Source: Malacoraja senta
Taxonomy: Eukaryota
Direction: 5' to 3'
Length of the DNA: 64,000 bases
NCBI GenBank assembly: GCA_038087875.1
Contig: JAXLNO010000645.1
Span: 124,001-188,000, forward strand
This document shows, one piece after another, positions 42,367-53,672 of the stretch. How positions within the stretch are numbered: the stretch's first letter is position 1; each line of letters starts with the position of its first letter. Made by a program: the position numbers and the translations under genes. Below the pieces are notes generated by a model, which ran no database searches, was not told the origin of the DNA, and saw only the letters and a list, made by a program, of their open reading frames with translations.

Positions 42367-43606
42367 CTTTGGCTGCTGCAAAATTGTCAGTATCCAGAGT
42401 CAAATACATTTTTGAGAAATTAGGTTTCATTATTCACCTACAAAAATCTAAATTGTTACCAAGCAAAAAGATTGATTACCTAGGGTTCACAATTAACTCC
42501 GAAAACGTGGTAATCACTTTGCCAAAAGATAAAAGCTGCAGTTAATTGAAGGTTGCATAAAACTCATTAACGAGGACACACCATCAATTAGAGAAGTGGC
42601 AAGCTTGCTAGGCAAATTAATTGCAGGGTTTCCAGCGGTCACGTTTGGACCATTGCATTATCAATCTTTACAGAGACCTAAGGTACAAGCGTTAAAAATG
42701 AATAGAGGGCATTTTGACAGGCCCATGAAATTAACAATTTAATCCATTACAGAAATAGATTGGTGGATTAACAATGTTTCTAATGCTTCCAGAAAAGTTC
42801 TGGTAGAAACACCTTCCGTCACTCTACAGACTGGTGTAAGTGCGCTGGGTTGCGGCGCTACAAACATGATTTCCAGCTGTGGAGGTAGGTGGAATGTGAA
42901 TGAAGTACCTTTGCTGGAAAATCTGGGAATCAATTACCTAGAGCTAATAGGCGCATTTTACGGCCTTAGAGCTTATTGCACTGATATGGGACATGTGAAT
43001 GTTCAGGTACAGGTTGACAATACTACAGCTGTAGCAAACATAAATCACATGGGTGGTATAAAATCAGAATCATGTGATAAATTAGCGAATGAAATTTGGA
43101 CCTGGTGTATTGCCAGGAAAATTTGGCTGTCAGCAATACATTTACCAGGTTAATTTAATACAATTACAGACAAAAGATCACGTAAATGTAATGATAATAC
43201 AGAATGGATGTTAAATCGGAAAATATGCACACAAATTATCACACAATTTGGAATGCCAGAAATTGATCTGTTTGCATCAAAATTTGAACCACCAGTTTGC
43301 CTAAGTATGTGTCATGGGAACCTGATCCTGGAGCAGTAGCGGTGGATGCTTTCTCGCTACATTGGGGTGGTATGTTTCTGTATTCGTTTACGCCATTTTG
43401 TTTAATCCACAGATGCATACAGAAAATTAAACAAGATTCAGCCTCAGGGATTTTCGTAGTACCAGATTGGCCTAAACAGCTATGGTACCCACTGGTGTTC
43501 AAAATAATTTAAAAAACCTTATGGTTATTCCAAAGCAGATTAAACTGCTTGTGCACCCTGTGACTGATGAACCACATCCTTTACATGATCATATTGGTTT
43601 GTTGAT
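42367..43606 (+). pseudogene. DIRS pol remnant: RT C-terminus, RNase H and DAM-like methyltransferase domain, disrupted
   Basis: Motifs IDYLGFTINS, INYLELIGAFYGL, VQVDNTTAVANINHMGG, WLSAIHLPG, IDLFAS and YVSWEPDPGAVAVDAF...LYSFTPF...VVPDWPKQLWYP, with stops and frameshifts. Confidence 0.9.
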
Positions 43607-44597
43607 TTGCAGATTCTAAGAAGGCCATATCTTGGAAAAGGATTATCAGACCGTACGGTGGGTGTTATAACAACAGCCTGGAGGAATAGTACCCAGAAGC
43701 AGTACATCTCCTATATAAAGAAATGGGAGGAGTTTTGTTCAGGGAAACATATTGCATATAACCCAGCAGAAATTTCAGATGTAATAGAGTTCCTTTCTAC
43801 TCTATACTATGAATTAAAATTAAATTATAGTGCAATTAATACTGCACGAAGTGCACTCTCTGCATATTTAAGCAGTGAATCAGAACAAACTCCAATAGGA
43901 GCACATCCTTGGGTCTGTAGGTTTATGAAAGGAATGTTCAACTCTAATCCTCATAGACCTAGGTATACAGAAATTTGGAATGTAAAAGATGTACTGATGT
44001 TGCTAAGGAATTGGAATCCAGTTGAAACTCTGTCATTATCCAAAATCACCATGAAATTGGTTATGCTCATGGCATTAGTTTCAGCTCAGAGAGTTCAAAC
44101 ATTACAGAAACTCAGAATTGATAGAATGAAAGTAGGGCCAAATGCCGTGACATTCTATGTCTATGATTTACTGAAGCAAAGTAGACCTAGGTTCACAGGA
44201 TGCAAGTTGGAATTTTTATCGTATCCTACAGATCCACGACTGTGTGTAGTAACATATGTGAAATGTTACATAGAAACAACAAAAGTTTTAAGAGGCACCG
44301 AATTGGCATTTTTTATTAGTCATTAAAAGCCTCATAAGAAAGTGTCAACACAAACAATTTCACGATGGTTGAAACAGGTGTTGAGATATTCAGGTATTGA
44401 TACTGATAAATTTAAATCTCATTCCACCAGGGCGGCATCAACATCAGCGGCCAGGGATTCAGACAATAGATCTTATTCTCGCGGCAGCAGGATGGGCAAG
44501 TGAACAGATGTTTCACAAGTATTACCATAAAGAGATTAAAGATCTCAGAGGGTTTGGTGATGCCGTGCGGGATACAGTATTAAATCCCCCATTATAA
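43607..44597 (+). pseudogene. DIRS tyrosine recombinase (copy A), with premature stop and frameshift
   Basis: Motifs INTARSALS, SAQRVQTL (catalytic R), HSTRAASTS (HxxR) and AAGWASEQMFHKYY (catalytic Y). TAA at 44324-44326 where copy B has AAA; the C-terminus lies in another frame. Confidence 0.92.
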
Positions 44598-44751
44598 TAA
44601 ATGGGCCTAATTTTGTTACTTTTATTAAAATAAATAAAACCATTAACTGATTACATTCAAATGTTGTGGTTATGAATTGTTGATTGTGCTTACTCAAATA
44701 GAGTCAATCGATGCAGTGAACACCTGGATTTGAATCCACAGAGCTTTGAAA

Positions 44752-44864
44752 TCTTCACGTAGTCACTCACGTGACTCCGAAGTAAAATAGTAAGATTAAA
44801 CGAGAATTTACCAGTTTGAAGTTTGATCTTTATTTTATGAGGAGTAACGTTGAGGGATTACGTG
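44752..44864 (+). other. DIRS internal complementary region (ICR), copy A
   Basis: TCTTCACGTAGTCACTCACGTGACTCCGAAGTAAAAT is the exact reverse complement of the element's left end (54467-54503). It is followed by the reverse complement of the right end (45012-45090, 1 mismatch). Confidence 0.93.
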
Positions 44865-45090
44865 CCCTCCGCTCCCACCCTCATAAAAGGATCAAGCTGG
44901 TAGTTCTAAGTCTTTCTGCATCTTACTATCATACTTCAGTAATTATCGTCTGTGATGGTCACTCCGCTGCTTTGAAAGATTGACGCGTGTGCGGCTGGAC
45001 GGGGTCTTCTTCACGTAATCCCTCAACGTTACTCCTCATAAAATAAAGATCAAACTTCAAACTGGTAAGTTCTCGTTTAATCTTACTATT

Positions 45091-46583
45091 AACTTTGTCA
45101 ATAAATTACTTGCTCTCTCTGCAGCTCCAGGTTCTAACCATGTACGAACTGCCTACAAATATGAAACCCGCAGTATTGAGCATTAGAAGCAGTCTCAGCG
45201 GGGGAGAGGGTGTTGAAATTGCTGGTCAGGCATTACGGCTTTTTGATTAGAGGTTGGATGGAGAGCATGTGTATTTATCACAACAAGGTTGAATTAGCAC
45301 TCATGTGCAGTGCGCACTTTGAAATAAACTGTATTTATAAAAGTGCTATGACCTAATATATACCCTGAGTTTGGGGGGGCTATGTACACCATCTAATATT
45401 TAAATTGCCTAATAATCTGTTTTGGAAAGATTCTAGCCAAAAAAGGAATGATCTTGTGTGATTGGCAGGTCAAATTAAAGGCAGTTTTCCCTACCAATAT
45501 GTGGTGACTGGGGATAGTGAAGGGTCAAGTTGGTATTTCCCATATTTGCGTTGTAGGCACATTCCTCCTGAGGTATGTGGAGGTTACAATATTCCACTAA
45601 GATCAGAGTATAACAATTGCCATAGGCAAACCCGGAGGTAGGGGGTCTGGTTCTGTAAGAAACATATTAATGTTTTCATTTACAAGTTGGGAAAGATTAC
45701 AATTCTTGCTAAAATATGGCAATTTGAGGTATTTATTCTGTACAACATTGTGGTGTTTAGAATTGAATTCTACCCATATTTGGTTTCTCCTACTAAGGTA
45801 TTTGAAACCGGTCACATATTTTCTCAAAATAAGAGAATATATAGATTCAGACAAAACATGAAATATTGTGGAAAAGGGATGATTAAGAAGTCAGTTCGCC
45901 ATCACCATCAATTGATGCCAAGTATGTTATGAGTGCAAATAAGGATGGTGGGTGCAGAATTATTCTAGATCTGACAAGTTTACCCTTTTTTGTGCAGTAT
46001 AATAAACAGTTTTGGGCAGCAAATGCAACTATGCGGCAAATTTCAAGAATATGCTATGTGGAATTTTACTGTGGCTGTATATGGAAAATAATCATAGATA
46101 TTTTTACTTTAGCTGGATGAGTCAATTATGGCAACTTAAAGCATTGTATTAAGGTTTAGTCTCAGCCTTGAGACTATTTGCCAGGTTGTTGGATCTAATC
46201 TTAGCATTACTAAGAACTCAAGAACTTAGAACTCAAGGCCATTTGGTAATGGCCTATTTTGATATATACTGATTGTAGGAAACATTCGCTACAACAGAAT
46301 CATGAGTGTTAAGAATCAAGCTCAATTTGGAGATTTATCAACCATCCAGTTAAATCTAAACAATTACCAAACACAGTTATTGAATATTTGGGTTCCATTA
46401 TTAAATGAGAACACATGTTTGTGATTCCGCCCTAGGATTAAGGCTGCATTTAATTGGAAGTTGTATTAAGCTCATTATAGAGCACCAACCCTCAATTAGG
46501 CATTTAATTGGAAGTTGTATTAAGCTCATTACAGAGCACCAACCCTCAATTAGGCATGTAGCAAGCCTACTTTGCAAACTATT
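45091..46583 (+). mobile_element. Older, heavily decayed DIRS1-like element: gag 3' part and RT remnant
   Basis: Homologous to young element ~55548-57100. Examples: GTGGAGGTTACAAT...GAGGTAGGGGGTC (cf. 56127-56192), translation KDGGCRIILDLT, EYLGSII and HQPSIRHVASLL (cf. PSIREVASLL). Confidence 0.85.
46446..46557. repeat. 54-bp tandem duplication inside the old DIRS RT remnant
   Basis: GCATTTAATTGGAAGTTGTATTAAGCTCATTA(T/C)AGAGCACCAACCCTCAATTAG occurs at 46446 and 46500. Confidence 0.9.
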
Positions 46584-46737
46584 GCCCCCGTTGCCTGAAG
46601 AATGAGGACATCTCCGATGACCTGGTGTGGAACACCTCATCCTGGGAGCAGATGCGGCGTGGACGGAGGAATTGGGAGTAGGGGGTGGAGTCCTTAGAGG
46701 AAGCAGGGTGGGTAGAAGTGTAGTCCAGATAGCCATG
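46584..46737 (-). mobile_element. Penelope-like element fragment (RT thumb region)
   Basis: Minus-strand translation HGYLDYTSTHPASSKDSTPYSQFLRPRRICSQDEVFHTRSSEMSSFFRQRG matches the Penelope YL.Y.S.HP...K..IPYSQFLRLRRICS signature. Confidence 0.85.
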
Positions 46738-47492
46738 GTTTATCATGTCCTTCATGTCGCAGTGTTTCCCGGGATCGTAATGGTTCTACTCGAACGTCTG
46801 CAGTCCTCTAACCAAAAGCCTTTAAGTCATATTTCTTAGTTCTGAATGTACGCTGATGTGAAATAAAACTATCAACAATAATTAAATTCGTAATTGTCAT
46901 CCATAGATTGAGAGAGAAAAGACATTAGATTACAATGACTACATCTGAATTCCACCCCAGTTCTTTTCGATTCACATCATATCTAACAATTGTTCAGCGT
47001 ATGAGCTTCTTATCGAGTCCACACACAAGAAAATAAGTTGTTCAGCGAGAGTGGAACACACTTCTCTGCATACAATGGTGAATGTCTTGGGCTTCTTGTG
47101 CGTGGTGGTGGAAAGATTGGTGAAAACAGGACCGCGACGTGAAAGTTCTTTCCTTGACCCCAGTGTATGATGAGCGAGTAAATGCGTCGTGTTTAAAGGA
47201 GGTTGCGGGGTGTTATTTTTTACAGAGAGGGCGGAGGGAGTCTCGGGTGTGTTGCCGAGTGTGGTGGCGCAATTAAGGGACTTTTGAATGGGCATTATGT
47301 TTGGCCATGTTTCACTGGCCATGTTTTATGGACCGTTAATGATATTTCGACTCCAATTGCCGATTCCGTTTAATTTCGCATTTAGGATGCAGATCACTCA
47401 TTCTATTTGAAATTATTTGATGTAACGCCAATTCATCCCATTGTGCGACATGCACTCCAGTGCCCCAGTGCCAGGGGAACGCGCCGGCGCAT

Positions 47493-47534
47493 TCTCTCTC
47501 TCTCTCTCTCGCATTCTCTCACACTCTATCTCTC

Positions 47535-47626
<92 letters not shown>

Positions 47627-47640
47627 TCTCCCTCTCTGTC

Positions 47641-47702
<62 letters not shown>

Positions 47703-47779
47703 TCTATCTCTCACACACAAGCACACGCGCACGCACGCACACACGCACACGCGCACGCACGCACACACGCGCGCACACA
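47493..47779. repeat. Compound microsatellite: (CT)n followed by (CA)/(CACG)n
   Basis: About 220 bp of near-pure CT repeat, then ~70 bp of CA/CACG repeat. Confidence 0.97.
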
Positions 47780-47789
47780 TTGTGAGGAT

Positions 47790-48270
47790 TATCGGCCCCC
47801 CATATCTGATGATGGGTATGCTGGCGCTAAGCTTATGACGAGCGTTTGAAGGTACTCTGCTTGTGCGCGCTGGTATTTAGAAGGATGAGGGGAGACTTTA
47901 TTGAAACTTACCGAACAGTGAAAGGCCTGGATTGAATAGAAATGAAGACGACTTTTCCACGAGTGGGAGGATTTAGGACCAGAGGGCACAGCATCGGAAT
48001 AAAAGACATATAGTACCTTTTGTTAGGAGATGAGGAGGGAATTCTTTAGTCAGAGGGTGCTGAAGCTGTGGAATTTAATTCCACAGACGGCTACGGAAGG
48101 CAAGGCATCGGGTATTTCTAAGGCGGAGATAGACAGGTTTTTGATTAGCAATGGTGGAAACGTTATGGGGAGAAGGCAGGAGAACGGGGTTGAGAGAGAA
48201 AGATAGATCAGCCATGATTGAATGGGGGAGTAGACTCGTTGTGCTGAATTGCCTAATTCTACTTCCATTA
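47790..48270 (+). mobile_element. CR1-clade LINE 3' fragment (HER1-like of elasmobranchs)
   Basis: Decayed RRMRGDFIETY..VKGLD, TRGHS and [20 protein letters not shown], followed by the 3' UTR motif AGATCAGCCATGATTGAATGG...GTAGACTCG...GCTGAATTGCCTAATTCTACTTCC. Confidence 0.85.
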
Positions 48271-48301
48271 CTCATTAATATATGAATTGATGAAAACTCA
48301 A

Positions 48302-48398
48302 CCACACACACACACATACACACACAAACATACACACACACACACACACGCACGCACGCACACGCACACACGCACGCACACGCACACACGCACGCACA

Positions 48399-48430
<32 letters not shown>

Positions 48431-48471
48431 CACACACGCACGCACATACACACACACACTCGCGCGCGCGC
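48302..48471. repeat. (CA)n/(CACG)n microsatellite ending in (CG)5
   Basis: Directly visible alternating purine-pyrimidine tract. Confidence 0.97.
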
Positions 48472-48515
48472 AACACCGCCGGAAACGTGGCTTTGTAGGG
48501 TGGGTAAGTGACTGC

Positions 48516-48706
48516 AGTGTCCGTGTCGGCGCGGTTTGGAGCGGGCGGGAGTGGCTATAGTGTCAGTGTCGGCGCGGTTTGGAGTGGGCGGGAGTGGCTA
48601 TAGTGTCAGTGTCGGCGCGGTTTGGAGTGGGCGGGAGTGGCTTTAGTGTCAGTGTCGGCGCGGTTTGGAGTGGTCGGGAGTGGCTATAGTATCAGTATCG
48701 GCGCAG
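48516..48706. repeat. 43-bp GC-rich minisatellite, ~4.4 copies
   Basis: GTGTCGGCGCGGTTTGGAGTGGGCGGGAGTGGCTATAGTGTCA; unit starts at 48523, 48566, 48609, 48652 and ~48695. Confidence 0.95.
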
Positions 48707-48924
48707 TGCGGAAGGGGGAATGGTGGATAAATGGGCGGGTCAGGCAGTATTTGTGCAGGAAAAGTATAAGCGCGGATTCGGTTCGGCACCTTTCTTCAGA
48801 CCCGGACTTTTGCCCTAAAACTGCGCCTACTCATATCTTCCACCGATGCTGCTTGCCCGTCTCATTTAATAAAACGTTTCATGTTCAGGTCAAGATTGCA
48901 GTGTAGGCGGTTTATGTTCATAAT

Positions 48925-49000
48925 TCATTTCAATTCAATTCAATTCAACTTTAATGTCATTGCACAAATACTGAGTATGGGTACAACGAAATGCAGTTTT
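48925..49000 (-). mobile_element. Short 3' end of a non-LTR retrotransposon with (TTGAA)n tail (possibly Rex1/L2-like)
   Basis: Minus strand reads CATTTCGTTGTACC...GTGCAATGACATTAAAG followed by TTGAA repeats. Family assignment is from recalled motif only. Confidence 0.55.
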
Positions 49001-49039
49001 GCGTGTTGCGTGTTCTGTTCCTAAGTTGTAGGAACAGAA

Positions 49040-49115
49040 CCTACTCCGCCATTCAATTATGGCTGATCGATCTTTCCCTCACGACTCCATTCTCTTGCCA
49101 TAGCCCCTGACATCA
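49040..49115 (-). mobile_element. Small inverted CR1/HER1-like 3' UTR fragment
   Basis: CCTACTCCGCCATTCAATTATGGCTGATCGATCTTTCCCTC resembles the reverse complement of 48192-48234. Confidence 0.7.
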
Positions 49116-49425
49116 ATAGAGCCAGGATATTGCCTTAAATGCCATGAGTGCCTTTGCATGCCTTCTTTGCTGATTGCACCAGGATAATGGCTTTTTCACA
49201 ATCGAGTGCCTAAATCAGCTTTTCATTGCCGTTTTACTAAATTTTCGTGCTATTTTCTCCAGTTGTACCGTGATTACACTGACGTTTTCAATGTTAATAC
49301 GTTAATATTAATGTTATTATTAACATGTTAACATAATATAACTTCCAAGAAAACTTCCACCACCGGGGCGAAACCGGGGGCGCCACCGTCGGCAGTTGGT
49401 TCAGTTTTCTCCAAGAACTATTTAA

Positions 49426-49703
49426 GAAAGAACTGCAGATGCTGGAGAAATCGAAGGTAGACAAAAAATGCTGGAGAAACTCGGCGGTGAGGCAGCATCC
49501 ATGGAGAGAATGAATAGGCGACGTTTCGGGTCGAAACTCTTCTTCAGTGTGTGTGGGGGGGTGAAAGGAAGAGGCGGAGACAGTAGGACTAGAAGGAGAG
49601 CTGGGAAGGGGGAGGGGAGGGAGAAGACAAGAGCTATCTAAAATTAGAGGTCAATGTTGATACCGCTGGGGTGTTAGCTACCCAAGCGAAATACCCAAGC
49701 TTG
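49426..49703 (-). mobile_element. Penelope-like element 3' end (ORF C-terminus plus terminal repeat with hammerhead-like core)
   Basis: Minus-strand translation FRLGS*HPSGINID resembles the Penelope C-terminal IFRLGTLQP.G.N. It is followed by a pyrimidine tract, CTGAAGAAGAGTTTCGACCCGAAACGTC and ...CCAGCATCTGCAGTTC. Confidence 0.8.
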
Positions 49704-49704
49704 T

Positions 49705-50428
49705 CTCCTCACTACATTTACTGCTGGCTCCAGTCGCAAATCTGAGTTTTCGAGTGATCTGTGCAACGCATTCTTTGATGCTGGAATTCCACTGTGGAAA
49801 TTGTAGAACAAATTTCTCGGAGGTTTTTTTGAGAAATACACAGAGGAACATATACCAAGCGAGTCATCATTACGGAAAAATGATGTTGACAGCAACTTCA
49901 ACATTGGTGCGCAAAAAAATTGAGATGAAGTTGCATGCAACAAAATATGGATCTCAATAGACGAGACAACAGATTCTGTGCGGGGGATATGTTGCCAATG
50001 TGTTCATCGGTACACTGGAGGCAGGTCAACCATCAAAGGAGTATTTTTTGACATCGGAAGTAAAAAAGCTCAACTATTGCTCAGTTGTTTACATCTTCAC
50101 TTACTGTACTTTGGCCAGAAGGTATAAAACACGAGAATGTTCTTCTGTTTGTGATTTTATTCCCCAAAATGTTGCAATTGACATGCTTAGCTCAAGGACT
50201 TCATAGAATTACCAAGCACATATGTAGCTTGTTTCCAAATGTCGAACGCCTAATTTCCAATGTCAAGAAAATCTTCATCAATGCATCGTCACGTGTGCAG
50301 TTGTTCAAGGAAATGGCACCCGAGATTCCGCTACGTCCTCTGCCCGTTTTGACTAGGCGGGATACATGGCTCCCTGCTGTACTCTACTATGCTGCAAATT
50401 TTGAAAAGATAAAGTATATCGTCAACTG
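49705..50428 (+). pseudogene. hAT-related (DUF659/CGGBP1-like) DNA transposase fragment, truncated by satellite
   Basis: Fragments FSSDLCNAFFDAGIPLWKL, KIWISIDETTDS, YVANVFIGTL, CLAQGLHR (CxxH-like), FPNVERLISNVKKIF and PVLTRRDTWLPAVLYYA (TRW-like), with many frameshifts and deletions. Confidence 0.75.
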
Positions 50429-53400
50429 TTTTGTCACTTTTCATGTGCTGAATTTTTATGGCTTTGTGCAGGCTGATTTTTCGTCGATTTTCATGTACTG
50501 AAATTTCGTCGCTTTTCACGTCCTGAAATATCGTCGCTTTATACATGCTGAATTTTTGTCGCTTTTCGCATGCTGAATTTTCGTCGCCTTTCGCGTGCTT
50601 CATTTTCATCGCCTTTCACTTGCTTCATTTTCATCGCCTTTCGCATACTTCATTTTCATCACTTTTTGTGTCCTGAAGGTTCGTTGCTTTTCGCATGCTG
50701 AAGTTTCGTCGCTTTTCGCGTCCTGAATTTACGTCGTTTTTATGTGCTGAATTATCGTCGCTTTTCGCGGGGTTCATTTTCATCACTTTTCGCATAAAGG
50801 AGGTTCATCGCTTTTCGCATGCTGAATTTTCGTCGCTTTTCCAGTGCTTCACTTTCATCGCTTTTCGCATCCGGAAGATTCATCGCTTTTCGCATGCTGA
50901 ATTTTCGTCGATTTTCGCATGCTGAATTTTCATCACTTTTCGCATGCTGAATTTTCGATGCTTTTCACGTTCTGAAATTTCGTCACTTTTCGCGTGCTTA
51001 ATTTTCGTCGCTTTTCGCATGCTGAAATTTCGTCGCTTTTCCCGTGCTTCATTTTCATCGCTTTTTGCGTCCTGAAGATTCGTCACTTTTTGCATGCTGA
51101 ATTTTCGTCGCTTTTCACGTGCTGCATTTTTGTCGCTTTTTGCAGGCTGAGATTTCGTCGCTTTTCACGTGCTGAATTTTTGTCGCTTTTTGCAGGCTGA
51201 GATTTCGTCGCTTTTCACGTGCTGTATTTTCGTCACTTTTTGCATGCTGAATATTCGTCGCTTTTTGCGTGCTGAATTTTTGTCGCTTTTCGCGAGCTGA
51301 ATTTTCATAGCTTTTCCCGTGCTTCATTTTCATCGCTTTTCGCGTGCTGAAGGTTCATACCTTTTCGCGTGCTGAAATTTCGTCGCTTTTCGCATGCTGA
51401 ATTTTTATCGCTTTTCGCAGGCTGAGTTTTCGTCGCTTTTCGCATGCTGAAGTTTTGTCGCGTTTCGCGTCCTAAATTTACATCGCTTTTCGTGTGCTGA
51501 ATTTTCGTCGCTTTTTGCGTGCTTCATTTTCATCACTTTTCACATATTGAAGGTTCGTCACTTTTAGCATGCTGAATTTTCGTCGCTTTTCGCGTGATGA
51601 ATTATCGTCGCTTTTTTCTTTCTGAAATTTCGTTACTTTTCGCGTGCTGAATTTTATCTCACTTTTCACGTCCTGAAGGTTCATCACTTTTGTCCTGTTT
51701 AATTTTCATCGCGTTTCGCACGCTGAGTTTTCGTCGCCTTTCACGTGCTGTATTTATGTCACTTTTCGCATGCTGAATTTTCATTGCTTTTCGCGTGCTG
51801 AGTTTTCTTCGCTTTACGCGTGCTGGATTTTCTTTGCGTTTCGTGTCCTGAGTGTTCGTCGCTTTCCGCCTGCTGAATTTTCGTCACTTTTCGCGGCTGA
51901 ATTTTCGTCGATTTTCGTGTCCTGAAAGCTTGTCACTTTTCATGTGCTGAATTTTCATCGCTTTTCGCAGGCTGATTTTTCGTCGATTTTTATTTGCTGA
52001 AATTTCGTCGTTTTTCATCTCCTGAAATATCGTCACTTTATGCGTGCTGAATGTTTGTCCTTTTTGACGATCTGAATTATCAGCGCTTTTCGCAGACTGA
52101 ATTTTCATCGCTTTTCATGTGCTGAAATTTTGTCAGTTTGTCGTGCTGAACTTTTCATCGCTTTATGTGTCCCGACGTTTTGTTGCTTTTCACGTCCTGA
52201 ATTTATGTCGCTTTTTGTGTGCTGAATTTTCATCGCTTTTTACATGCTGTATTTTTTGTAGATTTTCGCATCCTGAAGAATCGTCGTTTTTCACCTGCTG
52301 AATTTTCCTCACTTTTCGCGTGCTGAATTTTCATCGATTCTCGTGTCCTGAAAGCTCGTCACTTTTGATGTGCTGAATTTTGTATCACTGTTCGCATACT
52401 GAAGGTTCGTTGCTTTTCACATGCTGAATTTTCGTCGCTTTTCCAGTTTCATTACCATTGCTTTTCACGTCCTGAAGGTTCGTTGCTTTTCGCATGCTGA
52501 ATTTTTGTCGATTTTCGCATGCTGTATTTTTGTAGCTTTACGCATGCAGAATTTTCGTCACTTTCCCTTGCTGAATTTTCGTCGCTTTTCGCGTCCTGAT
52601 GGTTCATCAATTTTCACGTGCTGAAGGTTCGTCGCTTTTAGCATGCTGAAGTTTCCTCGCTTTTCACATGCTGAAATTTCATAGCTTTTCGCGTCCTGAA
52701 TTTACGCCGCATTTCGTGTGCTGAAATTTCTTCGCTTTTTGCGTACTTCATTTTCATCGCTTTTCACATACTGAAGGGTCGTCGCTTTTAGCATGCTAAA
52801 TTTTTGTCGCTTTTCCCGTGCTTCATTTTCATCGCTTTTCCCGTACTGAAGGCTCGTCACTTTTCACATGCTGAATTTTCGTCGATTTTCACATGCTGAA
52901 TTTTCATTGCTTTTTGCATGCTGGATTTTCGTCACTTTTCTCATTCTGAAATTTTCGTCGCTTTATGTCCCGATGTTTTGTTGCTTTTCGCGTCCTGAAT
53001 TTACATCGCTTTTTGTGTGCTGAATTTTCATTGCTTTTCGCATCCTGAAGTTTTGTCCGTTTTCGCCTGCTGTATTTTCCTCACTTTTTGCGTGCTGAAT
53101 TTTTGTCGAATTTCGTGTCCTGAAAGCTCGTCACTTTTCATGTGCTGAATTTTTATCGCTTTTCGCAGTCTAATTTTTCGTCGATTTTCATGTGCTGAAA
53201 TTTCGTCGCTTTCCACGTCCTGCGATATCATAGCTTTATGCGTGCGGAATTTTTGTCACTTTTCGCATGATGAATTTTCGTCGCCTTTCGCGTGCTTCAT
53301 TTTCGTCACCTTTCGCGTGCTTCATTTTCATCACTTTTCGCGTCCTGAAGGGTCGTCGCTTTTCGCATGCTGAAGTTTCGTCCCTTTTCGCTTCCTGAAT

Positions 53401-53672
53401 TTAGGTTGCTTTTCGTTTGCTGATTTATCGTCGCTTTTTGCATTTCATTTTCATCACTTTTCGCATACAAAAGGTTCGTCGCTTTTCGTGTACTGAATTT
53501 TCCTCGCTTTTCCAGTGTTTATTTTCATTGCTTTTCGCGTCCTGACGGTTCGTCGCTTTTCGCATGCTGAATTTTCATCGATTTTCACATGCTGAATATT
53601 CGTCACTTTTTGCGTGCTGAATTTTCGTCGCTTTTCACGTTCTGTAATTACGTCACTTTTCGCATGCTGAAT
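50429..53672. repeat. 25-bp satellite (block 2), same orientation and same variant type as 19250-42366
   Basis: Same monomer, with right-layer variants GTGCTTCATTTTCATC, TTATGTGTCCCGA, GCAGGCTGATTTTTCGTCGATTTT and CTGAAAGCTCGTCAC. Confidence 0.96.

Larger units (their letters stand above)
42367..45090 (+). mobile_element. 5'-truncated DIRS1-like retrotransposon (copy A): RT end, RNase H, MT, YR, ICR, right terminal repeat
   Basis: Near-identical to 56858-59593 (offset 14491 to 14503). Begins mid-RT directly after the satellite and ends ...AATCTTACTATT. Confidence 0.95.

Noticed and set aside
47407..48511. ORFs with SL, RE, CV and HT dipeptide runs
   Set aside because: They are microsatellite translations.
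48790..48862. Second Penelope terminal or hammerhead remnant
   Set aside because: Only weak similarity, with no intact core on one strand; too degenerate to call.
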